This document shows, in pieces, positions 39,373 to 48,603 of a stretch of DNA of 64,000 nucleotides. Made by a program: the position numbers and the translations under genes. How positions within the stretch are numbered: position 1 is the stretch's first letter; each line of letters opens with the position of its first letter. The notes beneath the pieces are model-generated. The model had not been told where the DNA came from. It made no database searches and was given only the letters and a program-made list of their open reading frames with translations. Source of the stretch: Candidatus Woesearchaeota archaeon (GTDB lineage: Archaea > Nanobdellota > Nanobdellia > Woesearchaeales > SM23-78); the NCBI GenBank assembly GCA_016930415.1, contig JAFGGS010000016.1:149340-213339 (forward strand), read 5' to 3'.

Positions 39373-40700
39373 AACAAATTATAAGAATCATAGAAGAAAT
39401 AGCGTTAAACCTATTCTTCCTATTAGAAAATGATTTCAGGATGATCTATTTCTACCAATACTGTAGAAACCTGAGAAAAAATAGAGATGAAATAAAACAA
39501 CTACAAGATAAAAAACTCAAGAAGCTGATTGAACACGCATACAGTACTTGTCCATATTACAAAAAAGCATTTGATGATGCAAAAATATCACCAAAATGCA
39601 TAAATTCATCCGAAGATCTGAAGAAAATTCCAAACATCACAAAAGCCGATGTCAACAAGAATAAAAAACAAATGATAAGTCAGAAGTATAATATCAGAAA
39701 ACTAACAAAAGATTTCTCAGGAGGAACAACCGGAGAAGGGGTACAATTTTATAAGGATAAGAGATACATGCAGAAAGCTCGCGCAGTCTGGATGAGAGAC
39801 ATATATGCTCATGGATATAGGCCTGGAGATAAGATGGCTTGGATTTGGGGATCTGAAAGAGAAACCAAAGATTCATCAAAAATAATGAAAAGAATAAGAA
39901 GGATATTAACACGTAAAATTTGGTTCAACCCCACGAATTTTGAAGAGGAAACATTTTACCAATGGATAATTGAAGAATATAATATGTTTAAGCCAAAATT
40001 CATCTACGGATATGAAAACGCAATCTTATCAATGGCAAGATTGATTGAGAAGAGAGGCATAAAAATCCATAAACCCCAGAAGGTTTTTAGTACCTCTGAG
40101 AGCCTGAATAATAGAGATTACCTTGAAAAAGTATTTGGATGTGAAGTAATAGATCAATACGGCTGTCGTGAAGTTCTGGCCTTAGCAATAGAAGATAAAA
40201 ATAAAATAATGCGCTCAGACGATGATTTTGTAATAATTGAAGTTAATGAAAAGAATGAGATTCTACTAACACCTTTGGAAGCATATGGAATGCCACTCAT
40301 ACGATATCGAGTTGGAGATCTTGGAATTAGAAAAAAAAGTCAAAAATCTAACAAACACCCATTCAACAGTTTTGACCTTACACTAGCACGAACATTTGAG
40401 ATGTTTAAAACATCAAATAACACAACCATATACAGTGGAGAGATAATTCATCAAGCAAGCAAGAAAAAAGTGGATGTGGGAGAGTATCAACTAGTGCAAA
40501 ACTCAACAAATCTAATAACAATTAATATCATCGGGAAGAAGAAAGATGTAAAACCAGAAGAAATAGATAAACTTAAGAAAGTTATAACTAAGTTATCAGG
40601 AATAATAGATGTGCGAGTCAAATTTCTCAACAAGAGACTCATCGCCAAGAGCGGAAAGATAATAGCAGCAAAGTGCTTAATAGAATCAAGAGAAAAATGA
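39369..40700 (+). CDS. CapK-like adenylate-forming enzyme (phenylacetate-CoA ligase family), paralog of 15067-16347
   Basis: DFSGGTTGEGVQFYKDKRY and VFGCEVIDQYGCREVLALAIEDKNKIMRSDDDFVIIEV are about 65% identical to VFGCQVIDQYGATEIPAIAIEDKNYVMHSSDDFVIVEV in the other copy. The start is at the internal ATG (39369), overlapping the Wzy stop. Confidence 0.7.
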   Translation: MKQIIRIIEEIALNLFFLLENDFRMIYFYQYCRNLRKNRDEIKQLQDKKLKKLIEHAYSTCPYYKKAFDDAKISPKCINSSEDLKKIPNITKADVNKNKKQMISQKYNIRKLTKDFSGGTTGEGVQFYKDKRYMQKARAVWMRDIYAHGYRPGDKMAWIWGSERETKDSSKIMKRIRRILTRKIWFNPTNFEEETFYQWIIEEYNMFKPKFIYGYENAILSMARLIEKRGIKIHKPQKVFSTSESLNNRDYLEKVFGCEVIDQYGCREVLALAIEDKNKIMRSDDDFVIIEVNEKNEILLTPLEAYGMPLIRYRVGDLGIRKKSQKSNKHPFNSFDLTLARTFEMFKTSNNTTIYSGEIIHQASKKKVDVGEYQLVQNSTNLITINIIGKKKDVKPEEIDKLKKVITKLSGIIDVRVKFLNKRLIAKSGKIIAAKCLIESREK

Positions 40701-41956
40701 AAATCCTCCTTATCAATTACAGGTTCTTCTTTTCAGGCGGACCGGAGAAATACCTGTTCGGGATAATTGATATACTGAAGAGCCACGGCCATGAAGTCAT
40801 TCCGTTCTCAGTCCATGCTAAAAAGAATGAGAATAATCCGTACGAGAAGTTCTTTGCAGATCCCATCGGGGGCGAGGATGCTACTTACTTTGAGGATTAT
40901 AAGAAGACTCCAAAAACAATGCTTCAGATGTTAGATCGCCAGTTCTACTCATTAAGCGTGAAGAAGAGACTTGAAAAGTTAATAATTGAGATGAAGCCAG
41001 ACATATGTTATTTGATGCATCATTATAATAAGCTGTCTCCGAGTGTCATAGATGCCTGCAAGAAACATAAGATCCCAGTGGTCATGAGGCTCTCTGATTT
41101 CTTCATGATATGCCCAAACGCGCTCTTAATAAGGGACGGACGAGTATGCGAGGAGTGCCTGCAAAGAGGCCTTTGGAGAGGTGTAAAGAATAAGTGTGTC
41201 AAGAATTCTCTGTTTGCATCAACTGTAAAAGTGGCTGCCATGAAGCTTCACCGGATCTTAGGGTTATACGAGAAAGTCAGCTACATAATATCGCCTTCAA
41301 GCTTTACAATATCAAAAGTGAGCAAGATTTTCAAGAAGAATAATTTCGTTCACGTACCGACATTCATCAAACCGACAGAAAAATATAATCCTCAGATTGG
41401 AAAGTATGCATTATACGTTGGAAGGACAGAAGAAGAGAAAGGAGTCATGACTCTGATCAAGGCCGCAGAAGGCACCGACCTGAAGGTAAAGATCGTAGGG
41501 AAGTCCAGCACTGAGTACGATCAGAAGATAAGGGATTACCTAAAGTCTAACAATATCAAGAATGTCGAGTTCCCAGGCCCCAAATACGGCAAGGAACTCC
41601 AGAAGATATACCGAAACGCAAGGTTTGTGGTCGTTCCAGCAGAGTGGTATGAGAACATGCCAAACGTAGTCCTGGAAGCGATGCTCTTTAGTAAGCCAAT
41701 AATCGCCTCAGACATAGGATCCCTAAAGGAGCTCATACAAGACGGGCGCAACGGGCTCTTGTTCAAGCCTAAAGACGTAAATGACCTGAAGGATAAGATG
41801 AAGAAGCTCTTCAAGCATGATAAGCTCGTCAGGAAGATGGGCCGGAACGCTTATCATGAAGCAGTAACAAAGTATAACCCTGATATTCATTACGAAAAAC
41901 TGATAAAGGTATTCGAGAAAGCTGTTAAGGAGGAGAATTTAAAATGGAAGCGCTGA
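40697..41956 (+). CDS. GT4 glycosyltransferase with Cys4 zinc-ribbon-like insertion
   Basis: MKILLINYRFFFSGGPEKY...CPNALLIRDGRVCEECLQRGLWRGVKNKC is the same insert type as both halves of the fused GT4-GT4. C-terminal GT4 motif FVVVPAEWYENMPNVVLEAM. Confidence 0.75.
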   Translation: MKILLINYRFFFSGGPEKYLFGIIDILKSHGHEVIPFSVHAKKNENNPYEKFFADPIGGEDATYFEDYKKTPKTMLQMLDRQFYSLSVKKRLEKLIIEMKPDICYLMHHYNKLSPSVIDACKKHKIPVVMRLSDFFMICPNALLIRDGRVCEECLQRGLWRGVKNKCVKNSLFASTVKVAAMKLHRILGLYEKVSYIISPSSFTISKVSKIFKKNNFVHVPTFIKPTEKYNPQIGKYALYVGRTEEEKGVMTLIKAAEGTDLKVKIVGKSSTEYDQKIRDYLKSNNIKNVEFPGPKYGKELQKIYRNARFVVVPAEWYENMPNVVLEAMLFSKPIIASDIGSLKELIQDGRNGLLFKPKDVNDLKDKMKKLFKHDKLVRKMGRNAYHEAVTKYNPDIHYEKLIKVFEKAVKEENLKWKR

Positions 41957-42921
41957 TTTGTGTAACTTACAGGTGTAATGCTAAATGTCACATGTGCAAT
42001 ATCTGGAAGTATCCCACTACTAGGAAGCAGGAGATAACGCCTGCTGACCTGAAGAAGATCCCTTCAGGCTTGGAATTCGCCAACATTACAGGGGGAGAAC
42101 CTTTCTTAAGAGAGGATATCGAAGAGCTAATCAAAGTCGTGCTTCCTAAGACAAAGAGGCTAGTCATCTCCACAAACGGCTATTTCACCGAGAAGATAGT
42201 GGCTTTGGCCAAGAAATACCCACAGATAGGTGTCAGGGTCTCCATAGAAGGCCTTCCAAAGGCAAACGATGAACTAAGAGGCTTGAAGGATGGATTTGAT
42301 CACGGCATCAGGACCTTGATAGATCTCCACGAGCTAGGCCTTAAGGATATCGGCTTTGGAATCACAGTAAGCGACAGGAACGCAAAGGACTTATTGGAGC
42401 TATACCACCTGGCAAAGTGGCTGGGACTTGAGTTCGCCACGGCAGCGATCCACAACACATACTACTTCCACAAGGATGACAACCAGTTCAAGGATCGGAA
42501 GATGATAACAGACGAGTTCAAGAAGCTCATTGACGAATTATTGGCCTCAAAGAAGCCAAAAGACTGGTTCAGAGCCTACTTCAACTACGGCCTCATAAAC
42601 TTCATAAACGGCAATAAAAGACTGCTTCCTTGCGAGATGGGAACAGACGTCTTCTTCATAGACCCATTCGGAGAAGTCTACCCCTGCAACGGCATGAACT
42701 GGAGCATGGGAAACATCAAGAAACAGAAATTCGAAGAGATCTGGAATGGCGAGAAGGCGAAAACAGTCAGGGAGAAAGTCAAGAACTGTAGCAAGAACTG
42801 CTGGATGGTAGGATCCGCAAGCCCAGCCATCAAAAAAGACAAGAAAACAGCGATCAAATGGATACTGAAAAGCAAATTGAAAGGGAAAGTAGAATACGGA
42901 TGCGTGGAAAACAAAAGGTGA
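41944..42921 (+). CDS. Radical SAM enzyme with C-terminal SPASM/twitch domain
   Basis: CVTYRCNAKCHMC (CxxxCxxC). ITGGEPFLRED. C-terminal CEMGTDVFFIDPFGEVYPCNGMNWSMGNIKKQKFEEIWNGEKA...CSKNCW. An AAGGAGG Shine-Dalgarno lies upstream. Confidence 0.8.
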   Translation: MEALICVTYRCNAKCHMCNIWKYPTTRKQEITPADLKKIPSGLEFANITGGEPFLREDIEELIKVVLPKTKRLVISTNGYFTEKIVALAKKYPQIGVRVSIEGLPKANDELRGLKDGFDHGIRTLIDLHELGLKDIGFGITVSDRNAKDLLELYHLAKWLGLEFATAAIHNTYYFHKDDNQFKDRKMITDEFKKLIDELLASKKPKDWFRAYFNYGLINFINGNKRLLPCEMGTDVFFIDPFGEVYPCNGMNWSMGNIKKQKFEEIWNGEKAKTVREKVKNCSKNCWMVGSASPAIKKDKKTAIKWILKSKLKGKVEYGCVENKR

Positions 42922-42925
42922 AGAG

Positions 42926-44044
42926 TTGAAAAAGAACATTAAGGTTGCAATGATTGGTCTTCGTGGTATTCCTGCTGGATCGGGCGGTATCGAAGTCGCT
43001 GTCGAGGAGCTCTCAACTAGACTTGTTAAACTTGGTTGTGATGTGACTGTGTTTTGCAGGTCACAGTACTGTCCTGAGAAACCAGCCCAGTTTAAGGGTG
43101 TTAAGCTAGTTTATATCCCTGCATTGGATACTAAGATTACTGAAGCAATATCTCATTCCACAATCTCTAGTTCCCTGGCCGCAATCCAGAAGTTTGATAT
43201 TGTTCATTTTCACGCCATGTCTAATGGCGCATTCTCGCTGATTCCCAAGCTTGCTGGCAAGAAGACTGTTGTCACGTTTCACGGTCTTGATTGGGAGCGA
43301 GAGAAGTGGGGTGTTTTTGCAAGGATATATATCAAATCATCTGAATTCATGACTTTCTTGTTCAGGAACAAGGTCATATCAGTTTCTAATAAGATCAAGG
43401 ATTATTGCAAGAAAAAGTACCATGCTGATGTTACTGTGATTCCTAATGGTGTCAATATTCCAAAGTCCAGGCTCATCAACTCCTTGAAGCGATTCTGCCT
43501 AAAGAAGGATGGTTATGTCCTCTTCTTGAGCCGCATCGTGCCTGAGAAGGAAGTCCATACCCTGATCAGGGCATTCAAGAGAGTTAAGACTAATCAGAAG
43601 CTGGTCGTCGCGGGCGGATCCACGCATACTGACGCTTATCTTGCCAAGTGCAAGGAGCTTGCCAAGGATGACCCTAGAATCGTCTTCACAGGCCCTCTTT
43701 ATGGTTCTGAGAAGGCAGAGGCTTACAGCAACTGCTCTTTCTTCGTGCTTCCTTCAACGATCGAGGGCATGCCCATCGTCCTTCTTGAGGCTTTGAGCTT
43801 TGCTAAGTGCCCGCTCGTCTCTGACATCAGGGAGAACTTGGAGGTCGTTGATGACAAGACCGCTTTCAGTTTCAGGGTGAGGGACGTCAATGACTTGGCG
43901 AAGAAGCTTGACTTCATGCTTAAGAATAATGCGATAGTCCGCAAGAAAGGCTTGGCTGGCAGGGCGATGGTCCGGAAGAAGTACGACTGGGACTGCATTG
44001 CCAAGCAGACCTTGAAGGTGTACGAGGAAGCGCTTAGGAAGTGA
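42926..44044 (+). CDS. GT4 glycosyltransferase (TTG start as in the ORF track; alternative ATG at 42950)
   Basis: KVAMIGLRGIPAGSGGIEVAVEELSTRLVKLGCDVTVF...FFVLPSTIEGMPIVLLEALSFAKCPLVSD matches GT4. Confidence 0.75.
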   Translation: MKKNIKVAMIGLRGIPAGSGGIEVAVEELSTRLVKLGCDVTVFCRSQYCPEKPAQFKGVKLVYIPALDTKITEAISHSTISSSLAAIQKFDIVHFHAMSNGAFSLIPKLAGKKTVVTFHGLDWEREKWGVFARIYIKSSEFMTFLFRNKVISVSNKIKDYCKKKYHADVTVIPNGVNIPKSRLINSLKRFCLKKDGYVLFLSRIVPEKEVHTLIRAFKRVKTNQKLVVAGGSTHTDAYLAKCKELAKDDPRIVFTGPLYGSEKAEAYSNCSFFVLPSTIEGMPIVLLEALSFAKCPLVSDIRENLEVVDDKTAFSFRVRDVNDLAKKLDFMLKNNAIVRKKGLAGRAMVRKKYDWDCIAKQTLKVYEEALRK

Positions 44045-44050
44045 TTAATA

Positions 44051-45082
44051 ATGGAGAAGGAGACCAAGAATTTCATCATCAGGGGGATCATCCTAGTAGG
44101 AGTCTTCCTGGCAGTGACTTTCCTGTTCCGCTTCCCGATCGACTTATTCCATTTGAAGCTCTTCAGGATGACAGAGGCCACCCGCGTCTTTAGCAAGAGC
44201 GACGGCCTCAAGATATTCGCTTTGGCAGGCATCTTCTTCACGCTCTACTTCCAGCACAGGATCGCGAAGGTCAGGCAACAGGGCCAGCCCCTTTGGAGGA
44301 CCATCCTCCTTGGCGTCGCAGGCTTCCTACTGGTCGCGGGCTACTATGGCCTTAGATATCTCAGCAATGCATACCAGGTGACAGAGGGACCTTGGTTCTA
44401 TGCGATCTACGCCTCCAGCTTGGTTGTCCTGACAGCGTCTTTCCTGTTCTTCTCCGCAAGCGTATTCTCGCCAGGCTATATCATGAGATTCTTCCTGGAA
44501 TTCCGAAAAGAGCTGGCAGTCACTGCGATCGCATCGGTCGTGGCCTATAACTTACTAATGCTCTTCCAGGAGCAGTGGCTCTTCTTCTCATCAACAGTCA
44601 CCTTGCTCTTAGTGAAGCTCTTCAATCCGCTCTTCCCTACAGTGTATGATCTTTCAGGACCATCGCCTTTGTTGAAGGTTGCTGACTTCACAGTCTCTAT
44701 CGGGCCTCCTTGTTCTGGCATCGAGTCCATGTTCCTATTCGTCGCGTTCTCGCTTGGCATCTTCGCGCTTGATCATAAGAGGCTCAAGAAGCTTCTTTTC
44801 TTCGTCGTTTCGCTCGTCGGCTTCGTCGGCGTCTACTTCGTGAACGTCATCCGTCTCTTCCTCCTCATGCTTGCCGGCATCTATGTCAGCCCCGAGTTCT
44901 CTGTCGGGCTCTTCCATACGAACATCGGCTGGCTCTTATTCGTAATATACTTCCTTTGTTACTATTTAGTAATGAAAAGATTTATATATGTTGATGACTC
45001 CACCAGGAAAGAGAAAGGAGCTCAAGCCGCAGAGGCATCACCTGCAGAAGAGGAAGGAGAAAAGAAACTGAGGACAAGATGA
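44051..45082 (+). CDS. Exosortase/archaeosortase-family integral membrane transpeptidase (EpsH-like)
   Basis: About 8 TM. Candidate catalytic Cys in LLKVADFTVSIGPPCSGIESMF (Cys 221). Conserved Arg in VYFVNVIRLFLL (Arg 268). Downstream FHTNIGW. This spacing and order match exosortase/archaeosortase signature regions. It sits in an EPS locus, as bacterial epsH does. Confidence 0.6.
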   Translation: MEKETKNFIIRGIILVGVFLAVTFLFRFPIDLFHLKLFRMTEATRVFSKSDGLKIFALAGIFFTLYFQHRIAKVRQQGQPLWRTILLGVAGFLLVAGYYGLRYLSNAYQVTEGPWFYAIYASSLVVLTASFLFFSASVFSPGYIMRFFLEFRKELAVTAIASVVAYNLLMLFQEQWLFFSSTVTLLLVKLFNPLFPTVYDLSGPSPLLKVADFTVSIGPPCSGIESMFLFVAFSLGIFALDHKRLKKLLFFVVSLVGFVGVYFVNVIRLFLLMLAGIYVSPEFSVGLFHTNIGWLLFVIYFLCYYLVMKRFIYVDDSTRKEKGAQAAEASPAEEEGEKKLRTR

Positions 45083-46407
45083 GAGAAGGGTTCTTCCATG
45101 GAAAGAAGAAGTGGTTCTTCGCGCTGATATATTTCTCAGACGTATTGGCATACTTGTTCTCAGCAGTCGCGTCCACACTCCTGACGCGCCTGGACTACAC
45201 GATGCCTTTCTACCAGCGGTTCTTCCTATTCGGCCTGGTGATAATAATCCTGGCGTACTCTAGCTACGGCCTCTACAAGGACAAGAGAAACCTCTTCGAC
45301 GACAATGATTTCATGGGAATACTTTACTCAAACGCAATGGCCCTCTTTGTCCTCGCAGTCTTCATAGTCATGTTTGACCCGAGAGATACTGCGCTCTGGA
45401 TCGCGATGACCCTCACACTCACACTCACAATACCAGTCACCACAACTGGAAGGATGATACTGAGCAAGATAATCGCGCTCTTCAGGGAGCATGGCTATGA
45501 CGTGCGAAACACCATCATCTTCGGAGATGCAGATAGTGAACTGATCGACAAGCTAAAGGACGAGCACCTAGGCTACCACCTGACTGCAGTCACCAAGGAC
45601 AAGAACGTGCTAAAGAAGCACCTGAAACACGCAGACGTGGTGTTCCTGAAGATGGAGTCAGTCGACGAATCAATGTTAGAACTAATGATAAACAACGACC
45701 ACATCCAGTGGAAGATAATCTCATCCATCCTCAACCTGGTGATAGACCCTGTCGCGATGGACGAGTTCAAGGACTACCCCATAATCAACGTCTCCCACAG
45801 GGAGGACAGCAGAGGCTACCTGCGGGTCAAGAGGCTGATGGATATAGTGCTCTCAGGAGCAGCCATAGTCATCCTCTCGCCGCTGCTCATAACCATCGCG
45901 ATCGCAGTCAAGCTAGGATCCCCAGGCCGGGTCTTCTACAAGCACGAGCGCCTGGGCAAGAACCTAAAGCCATTTATGCTCTACAAGTTCAGGTCTATGA
46001 GAAAGAATGATGACTTCCTTAAGAACAAGGAGTACAACAACGAAGTCAAGGGCATCTTCAAGATGAAAGACGATCCAAGAATAACTCCAGTCGGCAAGTT
46101 CATAAGGAGAACCTGCGTGGACGAACTAGGACAGCTCATAAACATCTTCAAGGGAGACATGTCGATCGTAGGCCCAAGGCCTCACCTGCGGACCGAGCTT
46201 CCTGCCTTCAAGGGCTGGAGGATGGCGAGATTCAAGGTAAAGCCAGGCCTGACCGGCCTTTGGCAGGTGAACGGCCGCCACGAGCTAAACTTCGACAAGG
46301 CCATGCTCTACGACGTCTACTACGTCAAGCACATGTCCCTTCTGATGGACCTCAAGATCATAATAAAGACGATCCCCGCCATACTGATGACTAAAGGATG
46401 GTATTAA
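45079..46407 (+). CDS. Polyprenyl-phosphate sugar phosphotransferase (bacterial sugar transferase, WbaP/EpsB-like initiating enzyme)
   Basis: Multi-TM N-terminal domain, then RVKRLMDIVLSGAAIVILSPLL...GSPGRVFYKHERLG...FRSM...GDMSIVGPRPHL...LKPGLTGLWQVNGR are canonical Bac_transf motifs. Confidence 0.85.
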   Translation: MREGFFHGKKKWFFALIYFSDVLAYLFSAVASTLLTRLDYTMPFYQRFFLFGLVIIILAYSSYGLYKDKRNLFDDNDFMGILYSNAMALFVLAVFIVMFDPRDTALWIAMTLTLTLTIPVTTTGRMILSKIIALFREHGYDVRNTIIFGDADSELIDKLKDEHLGYHLTAVTKDKNVLKKHLKHADVVFLKMESVDESMLELMINNDHIQWKIISSILNLVIDPVAMDEFKDYPIINVSHREDSRGYLRVKRLMDIVLSGAAIVILSPLLITIAIAVKLGSPGRVFYKHERLGKNLKPFMLYKFRSMRKNDDFLKNKEYNNEVKGIFKMKDDPRITPVGKFIRRTCVDELGQLINIFKGDMSIVGPRPHLRTELPAFKGWRMARFKVKPGLTGLWQVNGRHELNFDKAMLYDVYYVKHMSLLMDLKIIIKTIPAILMTKGWY

Positions 46408-46707
46408 AAAGGCATGATTTAGGCCGACAACCAGCAGCTAGCGTCAATAGCTCTTTTCTCAGCGATTCAAGCACAACTTTAAGAAAACCGGATTTTCTGG
46501 CAAGTCAAGGCGCAAAGACAGCCCTAAATCCACTATCCGGCCGGAAAAGCCACTCGAAAACCCGGAAAAACCAGTTCCCTATCTCGGAGTGGTAAAAAAG
46601 GGAAACCTTTATAAATGACCTGGCCATCCTCATACCCATATAAAGCTTAAATGGAAGAATCCAAGAACGGATTCCATCCATAGCACAAAATATTGGGGGA
46701 TTGGAAA

Positions 46708-47181
46708 ATGAAAGCAACAATACTAAGCAGTGTCGCCATAGCACTACTCCTGGTAGCAGGGACAAGCGCAATGACGATGGGCCCAAGCGCGCTGGACACG
46801 ACTTGTGAAGACAACTTCTTCCCAGGCTGGTACGGCATCGCACAGTGGACCTATACAAACGACACATACACCTTAGTAGAGAGTAACCCTGCATACACAA
46901 CGACAGTGGAAGGAGACGCAACAAGCGCCAACTGGACCTCAAGCGCGCCAGTAGCCCAGATACTCGTCCAAGCAGAAACGGGCGAATCAAAGGTATCAGG
47001 AAACTACGGGACTGAGAGAGCCGTAGAAGAGGAAGGGATACAAGCCCTGACACTCTGCTCGCACCCAGACGGAAAGCGGAGATTAAGCGTCCAGAACGCA
47101 GTGCCAGAGTTCTCGATGCTCACGCTTGGCGCAGCAGTCGTCGTGAGCCTCTTGGGAGTACTCTACCTAAGGAAGCAGTAA
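46708..47181 (+). CDS. Small secreted protein with PEF-CTERM sorting signal (putative archaeosortase substrate)
   Basis: Signal peptide MKATILSSVAIALLLVAGTSAMTMG. The C-terminus AVPEFSMLTLGAAVVVSLLGVLYLRKQ has the P-E-F motif, a TM helix and a basic tail. A TATA-like CATATAAAG lies about 60 nt upstream. Confidence 0.65.
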   Translation: MKATILSSVAIALLLVAGTSAMTMGPSALDTTCEDNFFPGWYGIAQWTYTNDTYTLVESNPAYTTTVEGDATSANWTSSAPVAQILVQAETGESKVSGNYGTERAVEEEGIQALTLCSHPDGKRRLSVQNAVPEFSMLTLGAAVVVSLLGVLYLRKQ

Positions 47182-47272
47182 ATTATTTGATATTTTATAT
47201 TCGTGGCGTCAAAGAGAAAATAATATAAGCTCAAATTATAATTACCATTTCAAAAAGGAGGAGAGAAGCAAA

Positions 47273-48115
47273 ATGTCTGATAACGAGATTGATTTTCTGG
47301 AGTACCTGGATGCACTGAAAGAGAACTGGATTGCGGCGACTGTCGCGTTCCTAGTGGTCTTCGGGCTTGTCTTGGCCTACACCTTGACGACCACGCCGAT
47401 GTACGAGTCAAGAAGCCTCGTATTCGTGGCAAGCCAGGACCAGGCGAGCTTCCTCTTGGGAAACGCTGCTCCAAAGACCATATCTGACCTGGAGACACAG
47501 AAGATAATCCTGCAGAGCACAAGCGTCCTGGGGCCAATCTACGCAGAGCATCCGATCGACAGCTTCGAGCTCAAGGTCAACACCATCAAGAACTCGAACA
47601 TCCTGGAGATAGTCGTGACCTCGGACTCCGCCTTGAACGCGATGAACATCGCGAACAAGATCTCAGAGTCATATGAGAGCTACAACAAGGACCTAAGGAA
47701 GGACGAAGCCAACGAGGTCATAACCTTCATCTCAGAGCAGATCGACCTCTACAACCTCGAAGGAGAGACCTTGAGCGCAAGGAAGGTGTACTATGACTCG
47801 CTCGGGGAGAACATCACTAACGAGCAGGCACTTGAGTACGAGACCCTGAAGAGGGAGATAAACGCCAAGAACAAGATCTACGATTACCTCTTGAACAAGC
47901 GCGAGGAAGCAAACCTGGTGGTAAGCCTAAGGAGCGGGAACGTAAGGATCCTAAGCCGCGCAGAGCTGCCAATAGCGCCTGTCCGGCCCAACGTGCCATT
48001 GAACATAGCGCTTGGCCTCATCCTGGCCGCGGGAGCAGCGATAGGCGCAGCTTACGCAGCCAAAACCATCATGCCACCTCAGAACGGCAAGAAGAAGAAA
48101 CTGTTCAACTGGTAA
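47273..48115 (+). CDS. Wzz-like polysaccharide co-polymerase (chain-length determinant)
   Basis: N-terminal TM after ENWIAATVAFLVVFGLVLAY. Coiled-coil periplasmic region. C-terminal proline-rich motif plus TM: ELPIAPVRPNVPLNIALGLILAAGAAIGAAY. An AGGAGG Shine-Dalgarno lies 11 nt upstream. Confidence 0.7.
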   Translation: MSDNEIDFLEYLDALKENWIAATVAFLVVFGLVLAYTLTTTPMYESRSLVFVASQDQASFLLGNAAPKTISDLETQKIILQSTSVLGPIYAEHPIDSFELKVNTIKNSNILEIVVTSDSALNAMNIANKISESYESYNKDLRKDEANEVITFISEQIDLYNLEGETLSARKVYYDSLGENITNEQALEYETLKREINAKNKIYDYLLNKREEANLVVSLRSGNVRILSRAELPIAPVRPNVPLNIALGLILAAGAAIGAAYAAKTIMPPQNGKKKKLFNW

Positions 48116-48136
48116 GCTATCCTAAGAAATTCTTTT

Positions 48137-48165
48137 ATTCTTTCCCCAAGCCCAGGTTTCGCGGG
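48137..48165. terminator. Hairpin (AAGCCC..GGGCTT) plus T tract between convergent wzz and hxlR
   Basis: 6-bp stem with 10-nt loop followed by GTTTTCT. Positioned between two convergent stops, so it could be a bidirectional terminator. Confidence 0.35.
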
Positions 48166-48191
48166 CTTGTTTTCTCATCCCTCCTTACGCC

Positions 48192-48545
48192 TCACCTGCA
48201 ATACCTGCACAAGGTCTTGCCGCACTTCTCTGAGCCGCCGCGCCATCTGAGCCCCCATTCCTTGATGCCCATTATCACCTCGACTAGGTCGTCCCCTCCA
48301 GGCGTGAGCGCATAGGAGCATACAACCTCACCACGCAAGGAGTCCTTGCTCTTCCTTATCACGCCCTCGGCCTCAAGCTCTTTTAGCCTGGCAGAGAGCA
48401 TCTTGCCAGTTATCCCTTTCAGGTCCCGCTTTATCTGGGAGTACCTGTTGGATCCGCCTCCCTTGTGTAGGCTTAGGATCACGAGCAGGCTCCATTTCTT
48501 CGCGATCACGTCCAAAGTCCTGTAGACTGTGCAGTCCTCGTCCAT
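48192..48545 (-). CDS. HxlR-family (MarR-like) transcriptional regulator
   Basis: MDEDCTVYRTLDVIAKKWSLLVILSL...RYSQIKRDLKGITGKMLSARLKELEAEGVIRK...VCSYALTPGG matches the HxlR/DUF24 pattern. The ORF-track N-terminal extension to 49013 is low-complexity and unlikely. Confidence 0.75.
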   Translation of the reverse strand: MDEDCTVYRTLDVIAKKWSLLVILSLHKGGGSNRYSQIKRDLKGITGKMLSARLKELEAEGVIRKSKDSLRGEVVCSYALTPGGDDLVEVIMGIKEWGLRWRGGSEKCGKTLCRYCR

Positions 48546-48603
48546 CAAGTACCATTTGTGAAACCACCCATTTATATAGGTATCTTTTTTATACCAACAA
48601 ATC

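Noticed and set aside
46505-47053. 182-aa minus-strand ORF
   Set aside because: Antisense to the PEF-CTERM protein gene. Leu/Arg/Ser-rich with no signal features, whereas the plus-strand gene has a clean signal peptide and sorting tail.
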